The notes: generated by a model not told the origin, from the letters alone. A stretch of DNA of 63,263 bases, filler included, from Chiloscyllium plagiosum (GCF_004010195.1; 10 parts of 10 records of this genome joined end to end with filler, not necessarily neighbours in it); one strand, 5' to 3'; counted from the first letter of the whole stretch, positions 1 to 13,427 are shown. Program-made: numbers and translations.

Positions 1-379
1 GCCTTTGAAGTATCCGGTGCCTCCAACCAATTTTTGATGTCATGTGAAGTGAATTGAATTAGCTAAAGACTATATCTGTAATGCTGGGGACCACTGGAGA
101 AGGCTGAAATGGATCATTCACTTGGCATGTCTGGTTGAAGGTTGCTACGAATTCTTCAGCCTTATCTTTTGCACTGGTGTACTGGGCTTTTCTATCATTG
201 AGGATGGCGGTAATTGTGGAGCCTCATTCTCCAGACAGTTGTTTAATTGTTCATCATTATTCAGAACCACACGAGGAAGGACTACAGAGGTTTAATCTGA
301 TCCACTGTTTGTAGGCTTCCTAAACGCTGTCTATCATTTTCTGCTTATGCTGTTTGTAGCAACATCAGATTGATAGAAC

Positions 380-1800
380 ATTGAACATAGAACAAAAAAC
401 ATAGAACAATATAGTGCAGTATAGGCCTTTGATGTTGTGCCAACCCAGGAACCGATCTGAAGCCCATCTAACCTACACTATTCCATTATTATCTATATGT
501 TTATCCAAAGACCACTTAAATGCCCTTAACATTGGTGAATCTACCACTGTTGCAGGTAGGCCATTCCATGCCCCTATTAGTCTCTGAGTAAAGAAACTAC
601 CTCTGACATCTGTCCTATATCTATCACCCCTCAATTTAAAGTTATATCCCCTCATGCTAGCCATCACTATCCGAGGAAAGAGGCTCTCACTGTCTACCCT
701 ATCTAATCCTCTGATCATCTTGTATGTCTCCATTAAGTCAGCTCTTAACCTTCTTCAATCTAACAAAAAATGCCTCATTTCCCTCAGCTTTTCCTCATAA
801 GACTTCCCTCCATACCAGGCAACATCCCTGGGAAAACTCCTCAGCACCCTTTCCAATGCTTCTTCGTCATTTCTATAATACGATGACAAGAACTGTATGT
901 AATACTCCATATGCAGCTGCACCATGACTTCATCTTACCATTAGTCCAGTACTCAGTATTCCTGTTACTCCTTCCAGAGTGAATCACCTCATACTTTTCC
1001 ACATTAAACTTCATTTGCCACCTCTCAGCCCAGCTCAGCAGCTTATCTATGTCCCTCTGTAACCCACAACATCCTTTGGCACTGTCCACAACTCCACTGA
1101 CTTTGGTATCATCCACAAATTTGCTAACCCATCCTTCTACACTCTCATCTAGTTCATTTATAAAAATGACCAACAGCAGTGGCCCCAAAACAGATTCTTG
1201 CGGTACACCACTCGTATCTGAATTCCAGGATGAATATTTCCCATCAACCCACCACCTTCTGTCTTCTTTCAGCTAGCCAATTTATGATCCCATGCCTCTG
1301 TATTTTCGACAATAGTCTACCACAGGAGACCATATCAAACACTTCACTCAAATCCATATGCTCAACATCAACTGCTTTACTCTCATCCATTTGTTTGGTA
1401 ACCATCTCAAAGAACTCAATAAGGTTTGTGAGGCACAACTTACACTTCACATAACTATGTTGACTATCCCTAATCAAATTATTCATTTATAAATGATTAT
1501 AAATCCTATCTCTTATAATCCTTTCCACTTTAACCACAAATTAAGTAAAGCTCATTTGTCTCTAATTACCAGGGTTGTCTTTATTTCCCTTCTTGAACAA
1601 GGGGACAACAGTTTCTATCCTCCAGTCTTGTGGCACTATTCCTTTAGACAATGATGACATAAAGATCAATGCCAAAAGATCTGCAATCTCCTGCCTAGCT
1701 TCCCAGAGAATCTTAAGATAAATCCCATCTGGCCCGGGGACTTATCATTTTCAGTGATGCCAGATGCTGCTCCCAGCATGTCTTCCTGCACTTGCTATTG
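380..1800 (-). mobile_element. CR1/HER1-type LINE, degenerate RT and 3' end
   Basis: Minus ORFs 1244-1486, 841-1188 and 473-733 give CR1 RT text (SQHSYVKCKLCLTNLIEFF, LLLVIFINELDE..SKFVDDTK, FFTQRLIGAWNGLP); ATAGAAC-like short-repeat tail at ~372-410. Confidence 0.85.
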
Positions 1801-2683
1801 AATCAGGAATGATTCCCTGGTTTGGTGATAATGGCTGTGTGAGGTTTCTCTTTATTTATTGATGGGATGAGGTCTTCACTGGCATGGCCAGTATTTATTG
1901 CCCATCCAGAATTGCCTAGAGAGCAGTTAAGAGCAGATCTGGAATCAGATGTAGGGCAGATCATGTAAAAGATGACAGTTTATAGCCTTAAAGAACATTA
2001 GTGAACCAGATTGTAATTTTTCTGACAATTGGCAATGGATTCCTCATAATCACTGCATTCTTATTTCCAGAAACTAATTGAACTCAAATTGCACCACCTG
2101 CCAAAGTGGGGTTCGAATACGGATCCTCAGAACAAAAGCTGTGTTTCTGGATTAAAGGTCTAGCGATAATCACTGGGTCATCAGCAGTCCTCCCCCACCC
2201 CCACCACATATGCCCTCTTAACTGGTCTATTAATCTGCCCAGCCACATTTAGGGATCAATGAGTATGCACACCAAGAGCATTTTGTTCCTTTCAGCATCC
2301 TTGTATCCTCCTATTTATTGACTACTACTTTGTCTTCTTAATTATTCCAATATGCATCATCTCACATTTAGCAGGATTAAATTTTATCTGTCACTTATTT
2401 CACATCCTTTCATTCACCCTGCTTGTTTTGCATCAGACTAACTTTTCTCTCATTTTTGCTGCCTGACTTGCTCTATTTATTCCTTTGGTACAAACACCCT
2501 GCCTGGCCTCCCCTGCTCTTCACTCTGTCCCTTGCTTGCTTTCTTTCTATCCGTCAATCTATCATGTTCTTATTTCTCGGTCTGTGGTCCCCTCTCTGCC
2601 TCTCGCTATTCCTGATCATTTCTCCATGTCTCTGTTTCTAAATATCTCATCACTTCTTATTTCTCTATCTCTCTTTCTCCTGG

Positions 2684-3307
2684 TGTGATCATGCTGCTCC
2701 TTTAACAAGGTTATGTTAGCTTGGCCTTTTCTTTTCAGGGAGGTTGTAAAATACACAGACTCTGAAAGTCTAAATTGAAGGGTTTTACAGCCAATTTGAT
2801 TATAGCTAACAGATCCTGCCTCAGGCAAAAGGCTTTTCACTTTAAAAAATTTGCACAATGAAAGGGGAGTGGCCAGTTTTCTAAGCTCAGCTTCTCTCTG
2901 GTTTGATTTAGATTTTAGCAGTGGTGTTTGGAAGCTGCTGGACCAAACAAGCAGGTCCATACTGGTACACCCTCTCTCTCTCGCTGACCTCTCTCTTGTT
3001 AGACTCTGTGTTTGATGTTACCTTTAGTGTCAAGGTGTGCTTATGGGGTTTGGTTGCAAGTATTTGGAACAGCATTATTAATATGGGACAATCTATTGGG
3101 TTTTCAGATAGGTTAAGTTATTCTGTACTTTTTTTTTGTGTTTCATTCAGTAACCTTGTAAATAAATTCTGTTTTGTTTAAAACTAAGTGGTTTGATCAG
3201 TAGCATCTCTCCTGTATCCACTTTACACCTGCTTAAGACAACTAGCAAACTTAAGGTCTGGGCTACTTTCTTGAAATGTTTTGAGGGGATCTGGCCTGTC
3301 TATAATA
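2684..3307 (+). mobile_element. possible solo LTR
   Basis: Starts TGT, has AATAAA at ~3161 and ends ...GGCCTGTCTATAATA (TG...CA-like, decayed). No partner LTR or TSD seen; boundaries approximate. Confidence 0.3.
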
Positions 3308-4305
3308 ATGCTAACAGTTCCTATCCAAACCAAATTTTTCTATGCGATGAACAATTCTATCCAAAATAGCTGTTTCACTGATAATCACTGATTGGCCTAT
3401 AATAACTGAGCTTAATTTACAACCTTTTGTCAAAAAGAGCATGATGTTTGCAAATTTCCATTCTTTTCATCCCTCTTCTGAGTTAAGGAAGGGCTGAGGA
3501 AGAAAGGCCAACATCTCCACAATCTCCCCTTTCACTTCATTGAGTATCATTGGACACATCTCATCAGTCCTGGTATTTTGTCAACTTGGAGAAACAATAG
3601 TTTATCCAATAACTTCTCGTCATCAATTCTCAACACTTTATCACCTGCTTTGTCACCATACCTTTGGCAACAATTATGTTGTGACAATGCTGTAAGACTT
3701 CACCCGAAGGAAACTGTGTGTTGAAAAGTCACATCAGTTTGTGATGTGCATCACGGTTTTCATGATAAATAATTATTTAACCACATAAATGCACAATAAG
3801 AAAGCAGGTAAAAATTGATGTTACGGATGTCAATGGCAGCAGCTGTACCCAGCAGTCCCCACGGTTAGGAAACTCCCTATCTCGCCAGCGCAGGTCGATG
3901 TAATGCGCAGGTGTGGAGTTAAGGGCGAAGTTGGATGATTGGCATTGCTGCACATGTGCATTGCCGGTGTGGGCGATGGAGAGGATTTTGTTTCGCGTCT
4001 TTCTGAGTGAAGCGGCAAGAAAGGCCCCGAGCCAGGAGTGGGGTGCAGCGAGAGGTGAAGGGAGGCTTCCCTAATATCTTGTGTCTTCCGCAAAGCTTTA
4101 CAGGGCTGATGTTTACAACAGAAACAGCAATTAGGAGACCTCTTGTTGCTTTCCTGAATCAATACTTGCTTTACCTCTGAAACTATGTTGTTGTATTCAT
4201 CCACAATCATAATCTCTTCTTCACCGTGCTAAAACCACCCCTGGCTTTTCCCCTGAGCTTTAAACTGGGTCAGTTATATCTCACACGTACTGTTTGTGGG
4301 CTTTC

Positions 4306-4420
4306 CCAATCAGTCAGCTGTACTGAATTATCACTAATCACTCTCTCAGCTGTATTGAATTATCACCAATCACTCACTCAGTTGTACTAAATTATTACCA
4401 ATCACACTCTCGCTGTACTG
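4306..4420. repeat. short minisatellite, ~30-32 bp x ~4, CCAAT-containing
   Basis: Repeated ccaatcactc(a/t)ctcagctgtactgaattatca units. Confidence 0.75.
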
Positions 4421-4554
4421 TATTATTTGTGACATACAGCTTTTTCTGAACAACCCCTGACTTCCTGTGCCAATCCCAGAGTTCCAAGAACTTCTATGAG
4501 CCCTAACAGTATAGTGATACAAAGCCTCAGTAGTTTAGCAGCCTCTACCACTAC

Positions 4555-4990
4555 TCACAGGGTGGCACAGTGGCTTAGCAGTTTGCACTGTTACCTCACA
4601 ACACAAGGGACTCTAATTCAATTCCAGCCTCAGGTAACTGAGTCAAAAAGGAGGGTGCTGGAAAAGCACAGCATGTCAAGCAGCAGTAGAGTTGCCATTT
4701 CAGGCATAAGTCCTTTATCTAGAATGTGGAGGGGGAAGAGGGAAGGGAGATAAATGGGGGTGGAGCTGGGGGGAAGATAGGTGGGAAGGTGACTGTGCAA
4801 ACTCCACACAGACATTCTCCCTGTGTCAATTCGAGTGTTCTCCCACAGCCCAACGGTGAGAAGGTTAGGTGGTGTAGGTATGGGAAATGTTGGGTGACAG
4901 GTATAAAACAGGGGTGAATAGGTCTGGATGGGATGCTTTTTGGAGGGTCGGTGTGGATTTGACTTATGTGACTAACACTATTTGATACTG
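4555..4990 (+). mobile_element. HE1-type tRNA-derived SINE interrupted by a hammerhead-type repeat
   Basis: GGTGGCACAGTGG(C)TTAGCA A-box-like head and TGTGCAAACTCCACACAGAC core shared with the copies at 26.7 and 39.8 kb; 4645-4715 matches the GCTGGAAAAGCACAGC repeat family. Confidence 0.6.
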
Positions 4991-6246
4991 ACAAATAATG
5001 AAAGCATTCATATGGCCAGAAAGACACCCCCTTTCAGAATGATGAGCACAACTTCCAAATATGATTCTAAAACAACACTGGGAAAACACTTATGGAAGTT
5101 TCACAGTTTTACAGAAAGATCTGAGACTTAGGACAAAGTGAAAACCTCATTTGTTGGGTTGAATTCTCTGCTACTGCATTGTAGGCATTCTATTCTTGTT
5201 CCTCCATTTGTTATGGCCAGGGCTCATCATCCACATATTTTACCAACCTAGAGTCATGCAGCATCGAAACAGACCCTTCAGTCCAACTTTTCCATGCCAC
5301 CCAAACTAAACTTGTCTCACTTGCCTGCATTTGGCCTATAACTTTTCAAAACTTTCCTATGCATGGACACATCTAAATTCTTTTAAATGTAACTATAACT
5401 GTATCCATCACAGGCAGGTCATTCCATGGAAGAACCATTTTATCTGTTTTCAAAAAGTTGCCCCTCATATCCTTTTTAAATCTTTTTCCACTTAAAAATA
5501 TCTCCCTTAGTTTTGAACTTCTCCACCTGAGGGAAAAATACCCTTGTTGTTCATCTTCTCAATGCCCTTCGTGATTTTATAAAGGTCACCCCTTAGCCTC
5601 CAATGCTCAAGTGGAAAAGGTCCCAGCCTATTCTGCCTATTTTTGTAACACAAACCCTCCATTCCTACAACATCCTGGAAATCTTTTCTGAACCTTCTCC
5701 AACTTAATAATGTACTTCCAATAGCAGGGCAACCAGAAATTCACACTGAAACCTTGTGATTTCAAATAAATCTGTTGCACTATAACCCAGTGTCATCTGA
5801 CCTCTCACCTTGTCCACCCCAGTCCAACACCAGCACTTGATATCATACCTTGGGATTATGGATGATTATAGTCAGAAGTTATCAGACCTCTAAAAATTGA
5901 GGTGGAGTCATTTTCTCTGTAGTAAAAGTGAATTAATGCCTGAACAAAGTTTATTTTCCCATATCAGCTGCTGCAAGCTGTTGCTTTGAACCTGAATTTG
6001 TAAACCAGTCATTCTGTGTTTCCTACGAGGAAGTGGAAAACACCTGAAGAGAAACAGAGATATCAACAAACAGCAAATCCTGATGAATAAAATGACCATC
6101 TCAATGAATCCTATAGGTAGGGACCATTCAACTGATTTGCACAAATTCCTTAATTTTTAAGTTGTGGCAGAGGAAGTCATAAGTCACATTATGCTTCTTT
6201 TCTTTGTCAAATGTGAATATGCCATTTTTAAAACTATTGTTACATT

Positions 6247-6372
6247 CCTGATGAAGAGCTTATGCTCAAAATGTTGGCTCACCTACTTCTTGGATGCTGC
6301 CTGACCTGCTGTGCTTTTCCAGTGCCACACTCTTTGACTCTGATCTCCAGCATCTGTAGCCCTCACTTTCTC
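6247..6372 (+). mobile_element. short repeat with decayed hammerhead core (Penelope-like 3' end family)
   Basis: CCTGATGAAGAGCTTATGCTCAAAATGTTG...GATGCTGCCTGACCTGCTGTGCTTTTCCAG, homologous to 28468-28595. Confidence 0.7.
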
Positions 6373-7549
6373 CCTGTTACATCCTTTACCCCATTACATC
6401 AATTCCGCACAGTGCACTCCAGTCTCTTCTTTCCTTGAAGTCTTCTGTTTTCTTTTGGGTATTATTGTATTCTCAAAAACAATAATCACCAACATCATAA
6501 GCTTACATGCAGAATAATATAACTTACCACACAGACTGAGACCATTCAGTTTATCAAGCTTGCACTGTTGCATAATAATTACCTGAGATTAAAACTTCTC
6601 AAGAAGTATAACAAGGTACAGTTGAATAAGGGATATATTTGGACAATTACCTGAAACTGTAATGGTTTGGGGAATAAACCAACATTATCATTAAAAAGGA
6701 AATCATTCTGGACCAGGATATCATGGAATGAAGCTCACAGGTAAAGGAGACATTTTGGATTCATTATAACAGATTGCTTCTTTGAATTCCATTACAGAAA
6801 TACTCATCCACAGGAAATAGTTGAGGCCAAAACATTGAACTCTTCCTTGAAAAGATTCAAGGCTAAAGGAATCAAAGGGTACGGGGAGAAAGCAGGAACA
6901 GGAGACTGAGTTGGATGGTCAGCCATGATTTTGTTGAAAGGTGGTGCAGGCACAATGGGCTGAATGGCTTACGGCTGCCCTATTTTCTATGTTTTGAAAA
7001 GGTGATAGTGAGCTGCCTTCCTGAACTGTTGTAGTCCATTTTATCACATGTCCCAACACCAAATGACATTGAAGGAACGAGGATGATATATTTTAAGTCA
7101 GGATGGGAAAGTACCTTGGAGGGGAACTTGAAGGAGGTGACGTCCTATGCATCTGCTGCCATTGCCATTTCAGAAAGGACAGGCTGTGGGTTCAGAAGCT
7201 ACTGTTGGATGAGTCTTAGTGAGTTACTGAAGAGCATCTTATAGATGGTACACGCTGTGCATCAGTGTTAGTTGTGATGCCAATCAAGCAGGCTGCTTTA
7301 TCCTGGATGGCATGAAGCTTTGTGAGTGCTGGTGCAGCTTCACCCATCCAGGCAAGTGTAAAGGGAGGCTATTCTGCTTATCCTGTCTGCACTGACTCTT
7401 CAATGAGCATCATTCCCGACTGCCAATGTCCTGCTCTCTCCCCACAACCTTGCACACTTTTAGGATACAGAATCGGATGGAGCAACAGTGAATCAGTAAT
7501 TGCAAGCTGTTTGAAACTTTCAACTTTTTCCTTTCAGTTTTCAGTGATA

Positions 7550-8884
7550 ATGAAACTTTTTAAATGGCTGCTCGTTCTCTTCCAATCAGTCAGCTGTGAG
7601 CATTGTGAAATTCTCTTCTTGATAGTTTATTCGCAAAATGAATCACAGCAGAAAATTGGAAAGCATTCAGCTGATGGATATGTTTCAAATCATTCCGTCT
7701 CAAATTACGAACAGCAATATCCGGAGAGGAAGCTTCAGTTCGTCCTTTGCAAACCATCATTTAACCAGGAGAAGATTTTATACAATGTTACAAATCCATT
7801 TACCTTATTTTTTTTCTCTTTGATCTGAACAAATCTATTGGCTGATCCAGTCCTCATTCAGGATCCAGTGGTCAGCAAGGTAGCAGAGAGTGAAACTGTC
7901 GAGTTCCAGTGTGCCATGCACAGTGCCAGTGTGATTGACACTGATGTCCACTGGCACTACCAGCGACCTGGCAGCAACAGGGAGTGGGTGATAAGCCACT
8001 TTGTGAATGGCACCCTCACCAAGGCCCAGGGTTTCCATGATCGTGTTCAGCTTTCCAGGAATTTCCGCAGGAACAGTTACATTCTGAGCCTTGTCAATGT
8101 GACTCTCAATGATACTGTTGTGTACAGCTGCAAAGTGTGGAGCTACACCTATGGAGCAAGGAGCCAGCTTAATGGAACTAGCAAGTCAATGGGAAGGAAC
8201 ACTGGTGTGAATAGGGAAGGGAGCACCCGGCTGCTGTGCTTCATCAGTGGAAGAGCAGAATGGTCATCAAGGCCAGGTATTCCCAAGGAAGTATAGGGAG
8301 TGGCTTGGAGGGGAAATTGCATAAGGTGGTGTTCCCATGGAGCTGCTGCCTTTGTCCATCTAGATGGAGGAGATCATTGGTTTGGAAGGCGCTGTTTGAG
8401 GATCTTTGGTGAATTTCTGCAGTATTTCTTGTACATATTGCAGAGTAGAGAATGAGCAGTGGTGGCAGTGGATGCTTGTGGCTTTGGTGGCGAATGTTGC
8501 TAATTGCTTTGTCCTCAGTGGTGTCAAGTTTGTTGATTGTTGGAGCTCCACTCATCCAGGCAAGTGGGGAGTATTCCATAACACTACTAACTTGTGCCTT
8601 GTTGATATTGACAGACTTTGGGGGTTTGCGAGGGGAGTTACTGTATCGAGGATCTCAAAGTTAGTGGTGACAATATTGGACATTGCTCAGCCTGAAGTGA
8701 CTGTGTGTGTAACATTCTGATTTTTTACAGAAGGATCTTCCCATGGTATTCCCTGACTTCAGATCCCATTTTAATCATTGGCACCATTCTGGGCTTCACT
8801 GTCTTGATCTACATTGTCCTACTTGCATTTTACCTTTGGAAACAAAAGCTGCATTCATCAGTGAAGGACTCCTCACAAGAATAA
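7550..8884 (+). pseudogene. non-rearranging (pre-joined) VJ-C1-TM Ig-superfamily receptor gene, probably disrupted
   Basis: Leader exon 7550-7595 MKLFKWLLVLFQSVS + phase-1 GTGAG donor. V exon ~7833-8180 with C23 (FQC), W41 (VHWH), DTVVYSC and a J-like YTYGARSQLNGT in the same exon, no RSS, GCAAGT donor at 8181. C1-like remnant VNREGSTRLLCFISG at 8207-8251. Exon after the TTTTTTACAG acceptor (8730) encodes ILIIGTILGFTVLIYIVLLAFYLW + KQK, TAA at 8882-8884. Confidence 0.7.
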
Positions 8885-11800
8885 ATCCTATTTTATCTTG
8901 GGTTTGATTCTGTCACTGCACTGTTATTGTTTCCGACATTGGGGTGATTGTTTTTAGTGAGTGCTGATATTCCCACTGCAGCGTACAGATCCATCGTGGG
9001 TCAGTGACTGTCAAGACCATCCCACATGTCCAGACGCCCAATCACTACCAGTTTGCTCCATCTCTGGTATCACATGTTCTCCAGTACCAGGCCACAGCTA
9101 CCCGCTGGTGACAGTCAGAAAGCTTTGAATGGTCAAGCATTAGACATCACCTGCAGGATTCCCATTAGGTACTGGATCATTCCCAATGAGTCCAGTGTCA
9201 GGGTCTGCCTTAGTGCTGAGGGGTCACTAGCAGCACAGTGCCTCCTGCTGGGATGACCAAGTGAATGCCAGACCACTCAGCCCAACAGCCTATACTGGCC
9301 TTTCACTTCCTCATCAGCAGAAAGTCCAAATCACATTTCCCTGTCTTGTTCCCCATCCCCTTTATTCAATCCCCTTTATCCTCACAACCCTATCCAATCG
9401 AACCCTGAACAATGACATTGATCCTACACCTGCGATTAACTTGGAGTGACTCCCAGAGCCTCCCCACACTCTGAGTGAAGGGATTTCCCAAGCTTTGGAC
9501 TCAATATTTTCTTTTGTATTTTGTGTCTCTTCATCCTACTCAATAGTTTGTTTCCATCTCATTCATTGCCCCTTTAAAAGGTTTTAAATACTTTGATCGT
9601 AGCCCTGTAATCTGGGTCCTCCCAATGATATCAAGACATTCACAAGTCTTTTTTGTATTTGCATGTGCCTATCCCAGGCAGCATCCCAGTGAGTTGGTGA
9701 AGTTCTCTCTATCAGTATTTTCTTGGCCTTAACCAACTGAAAGTGAAGCAAGTTTCTTGAATAAATCTCTCCCTTTCACAATGAGAAACAACAACTTGGC
9801 CAACTTTCCCAGCATTCCCTCTAGCTTTGTTCACACTCTTTCCTTTATTTACATAAATTCTGTTCTTTATAGCAAATGGTCCAAGTTTTTGGATCATCCT
9901 TTTTGATTTTAAGCTGGTCTCAAAATCCATGATGAAAAGTGTGAAATCCATTAGCACCAAGAGTGTGAAGATTACAGCCTTGTAAATGTGCAATAAATCT
10001 AATGTGTAAAAATTATTTATGAGCCCTGCTGAAGATTAAAACACTGTGTAAGCAACAATAGATGGAAAGCAAATTAATTCAGTCATTATCACAATATTTG
10101 GCAAGACTTACTCTCAGGTCCAAATATCCATTTTACATGGTTAGATTTCTGAAGTGATTAATAAACTAATGGTTAGAGCAGGCCATTTGTCTAATTGACT
10201 CAATTTACCGTCATGGTCACTCACTGGGATGTATTCACATGAGGCTGCAGATTTAACAATGGAACTTAGGTTTATTGCACGAAAGAGAGAAAAAAACACC
10301 CCACGTTGTTTGTATATATCTATTACAGTGAGAATAACCATAACACACTCATTAAAACAATGTTTCACTCACATTCCCATCACCATCCATTACAGAGACA
10401 CAATTCCCGGGAAATTATACTCCAATCTCAATTATTTACTTTCCAAATGAACTGACTCCTGCTAATTTCTCTGTTTTGAACTCAAAGCAATTCCATGATT
10501 TTTGTCTGAATCCAATTGCATGAAGCTATTACTGTTCCAATGGCACAACTTTTTAAAAAAAAATTAAACTTGCTGGAGATTCTGTCCCAAATTCTCCTTG
10601 TTTGGGAACATTCACAAACTGGAAAAACTTTGCTGCTGTGATGACTGGTTTCTTCTTCACAGAAAACTCCAGCTGACAGAGAAAGTCAAACTTCATTCTG
10701 AATTCAACTAATGGTTGTTTTCAATTTTATCTCTAGTCTTTACTTGACTGAACTCAAAACAAAATTAAAAGCTCAATTCATTTACATTTTCTGTCATGAA
10801 GTATATCCGACTTATTTCTGTAACGCTCCAAAGAATCTCCCAACTCCTTGAAGTTGGTCATATGTCGTCTTGGTACGACTGCATTGAATCACCGTTCCAG
10901 AATTATTTTACCTTTCCAAAGGATCTTGATACACAAATGCATGTTGATAAGTCATTCCAAATTTTAAGATGAAAACTTTGCACATTATTCATTACAAAAA
11001 AAAAAGGTAGAGCAGAGATCAGGAGAAATGTTTTCACTGGAGAGAGATGCTGAGATCTGGAACACACTCCCCAAAAAGGTGTTAGAAGCTGATTCCATAA
11101 CAAATGTGAAGAGGGGTTTGGGCAGGTATTTGAGGACGAGGGACGTACAGGGTCACTGATAAAGAACAGGATTTTAGGGTTGAGCACAATAACTCTTTAA
11201 AAGATCTAATGTAGGTGTTATTAGCCGATGGTGCTCTGTGTTGAGTTTGATTGACATGATGAACGTTATAACGGAGAGTAGTGTCCAGGATTCCCACCAG
11301 TTACCTTCCTTTAAAACTGCTCAAAGTCACACTGGCATTTTCCCCTCACCATCTTTCCTGGTTTAAAGAGCTCGATCATGACTTGGCTCCATTCTGAAGA
11401 GGTTTCATTCTGTTTTCTTTCAGATCGAACACGGAGCAGTGAGCGAGCAGCAGTACCTCGCTGAAAACAACCATTAGTTGAATTCAGAATGAATTTCCTT
11501 ACCTGTTGTGGTAAGGAAATGGGACACCGCTGTTGGTTTTTGCTGCATTTTGATAAACAAGAGCCACATCCTGGAGTAACTTCAGTATTACCAGAACGAT
11601 AACAAATCATTGCTTGTAACACACAGAAAGTCTGTGTTCCACAACAGGTTCTGGCTGAAAATAATCAAAGAGCAATCAATCATTTCCTTTTTAGTCTTGG
11701 GACAAGTTGCCTGGACAGAAATGTCCACAATGTTCCAGTGTTTGGGAAATGCTCTCACATTTTGTGGGATTACCATCACAGACAGAATGCCCTGGGGTCT

Positions 11801-12800
11801 GTGTTCCTCCTAATGGATTGTCAGGTGCAGGGGGACTCTCTGAGGGCTGAGATTAAGAAGCGGGAATGAGCCAGGACATGCAATTCAATCTCAGTTCCAC
11901 CTTCCTTCACCATCCCCAATGTTCTTCCTTCCCTCAGTATCCAACCGATTGCTGTCTGGTGTCTGTGAGGAGCTGAAACCCACAACAAACCTTGGGTCAG
12001 GGAGATTCAATCCCTGCTCTGCTCCAACTGAGCTGACTGCAGTTGGGGGAGAGAGGAGCTTGGCTTCATTGACCTCAGCACCCGAGATTAAGGGGGGATG
12101 AGCCAGTGTTCCAGCTTTTCCCTCCCAGATCATGATCCCAACATCCTTGGATACCAACCAGGGCTCAGAAGGGAGTCTCTTGATGCCCATTCAGATGGAT
12201 GTCGATTCAAGCCTCAGTCACAGATTTGAGCACAGATTTTGGGCTGACCCTCCAGGGCAGTACTGAGGGAGTGCTGCTTAGTAAAATCTGCCCCTCTTTT
12301 GGGCGAGGAGTGAAATCTCGATCCTCTCTGCTGCCTCGGATGGATGTAAAACATCCTGGGCAATACTTTGGCAGAGAGCAGAGAGGTTCTGCTGAACTCC
12401 CTGGGTGATGCGTGTCCATTCCCCAACATTCACCAAAGCAGACTATCTGCTCAGCGCTGCTGCTGGGATCTTGCTGTGTACAAATGAGCACCTCCCGGTG
12501 TCTGTGAGATGATTACTGAGTGATGTTTGTGTTCGATTCCAGCTAGCTGAAGGGGAATGTCATTATGCTGAGGTTCACTTTCACCGACAAGGAAGCAGCC
12601 AGCCGACAGTGACAGCTGCTGAAAGGAGCTCAGAGTACTCAGTTATAAAATGGTCAAGAAACTGTAGTTCAACAGGACCCTTTCACTCTGCAGCAAGGAG
12701 CAGTCAACAGCTCATTCGAGCAGAATCATCTCGGCTTCAACTTCACATTCACCCAGATTCAGGCTTCCTCAACAACAACAACTGTCCCATGTCCATATAT

Positions 12801-12898
12801 TCCCAGACCATGAGAGGACTGGGCACTCAGACCCTCCCAGACCCTGAGATGACTGGGCACTCAGACCCTCCCAGACCCTGTGATTACTGGGCACTCAG
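12801..12898. repeat. 34-bp tandem repeat x ~3
   Basis: gactgggcactcagaccctcccagaccctgagat repeated. Confidence 0.85.
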
Positions 12899-13427
12899 GC
12901 AGTGCAGCAGCTCAGCATGGGGGTGGAAAGTGCCGGAGGCAGTGCAGTCTCTCACTGAGATTATTTGGAGCACACTGCCCTCTGCTGCTCCCTCTAACAT
13001 TGTGCAGAACAATAACAGGGACATTTTGGGAGCAGCTTGAATTGAAGAGTTCTCTCCAGGTCCCAGCCCATCCTGATTTGGAATCTCAACTTTTCCTTCC
13101 TCAGCACTGGGTCTGGTTATTGGGATTACCCAGTTAACAGCCAGCACTGGGTCAATGGACAGCCCCAGGCAGAGCTGAGCTTGACCAGGATGAGGCAAGT
13201 CATGCCTTAAACTGGAGACATTTGTCACATCGTTGGGAAAAAATACTGACAGTTTGATCATTAAATTTGGAACACCCTCAGAATGTTGCCTGGGTCTCTG
13301 GTTTAATCGTCTTGTGATAATCCCACTCAGGCATTGCCTGCTCCTCAGTGTGTTAGGCTTGGTTCCTGTTTTCACTGATGTTTTAATCTTGCCTGATTGT
13401 GCAGTTTCAGTTGGTTTTATTTTGCTA

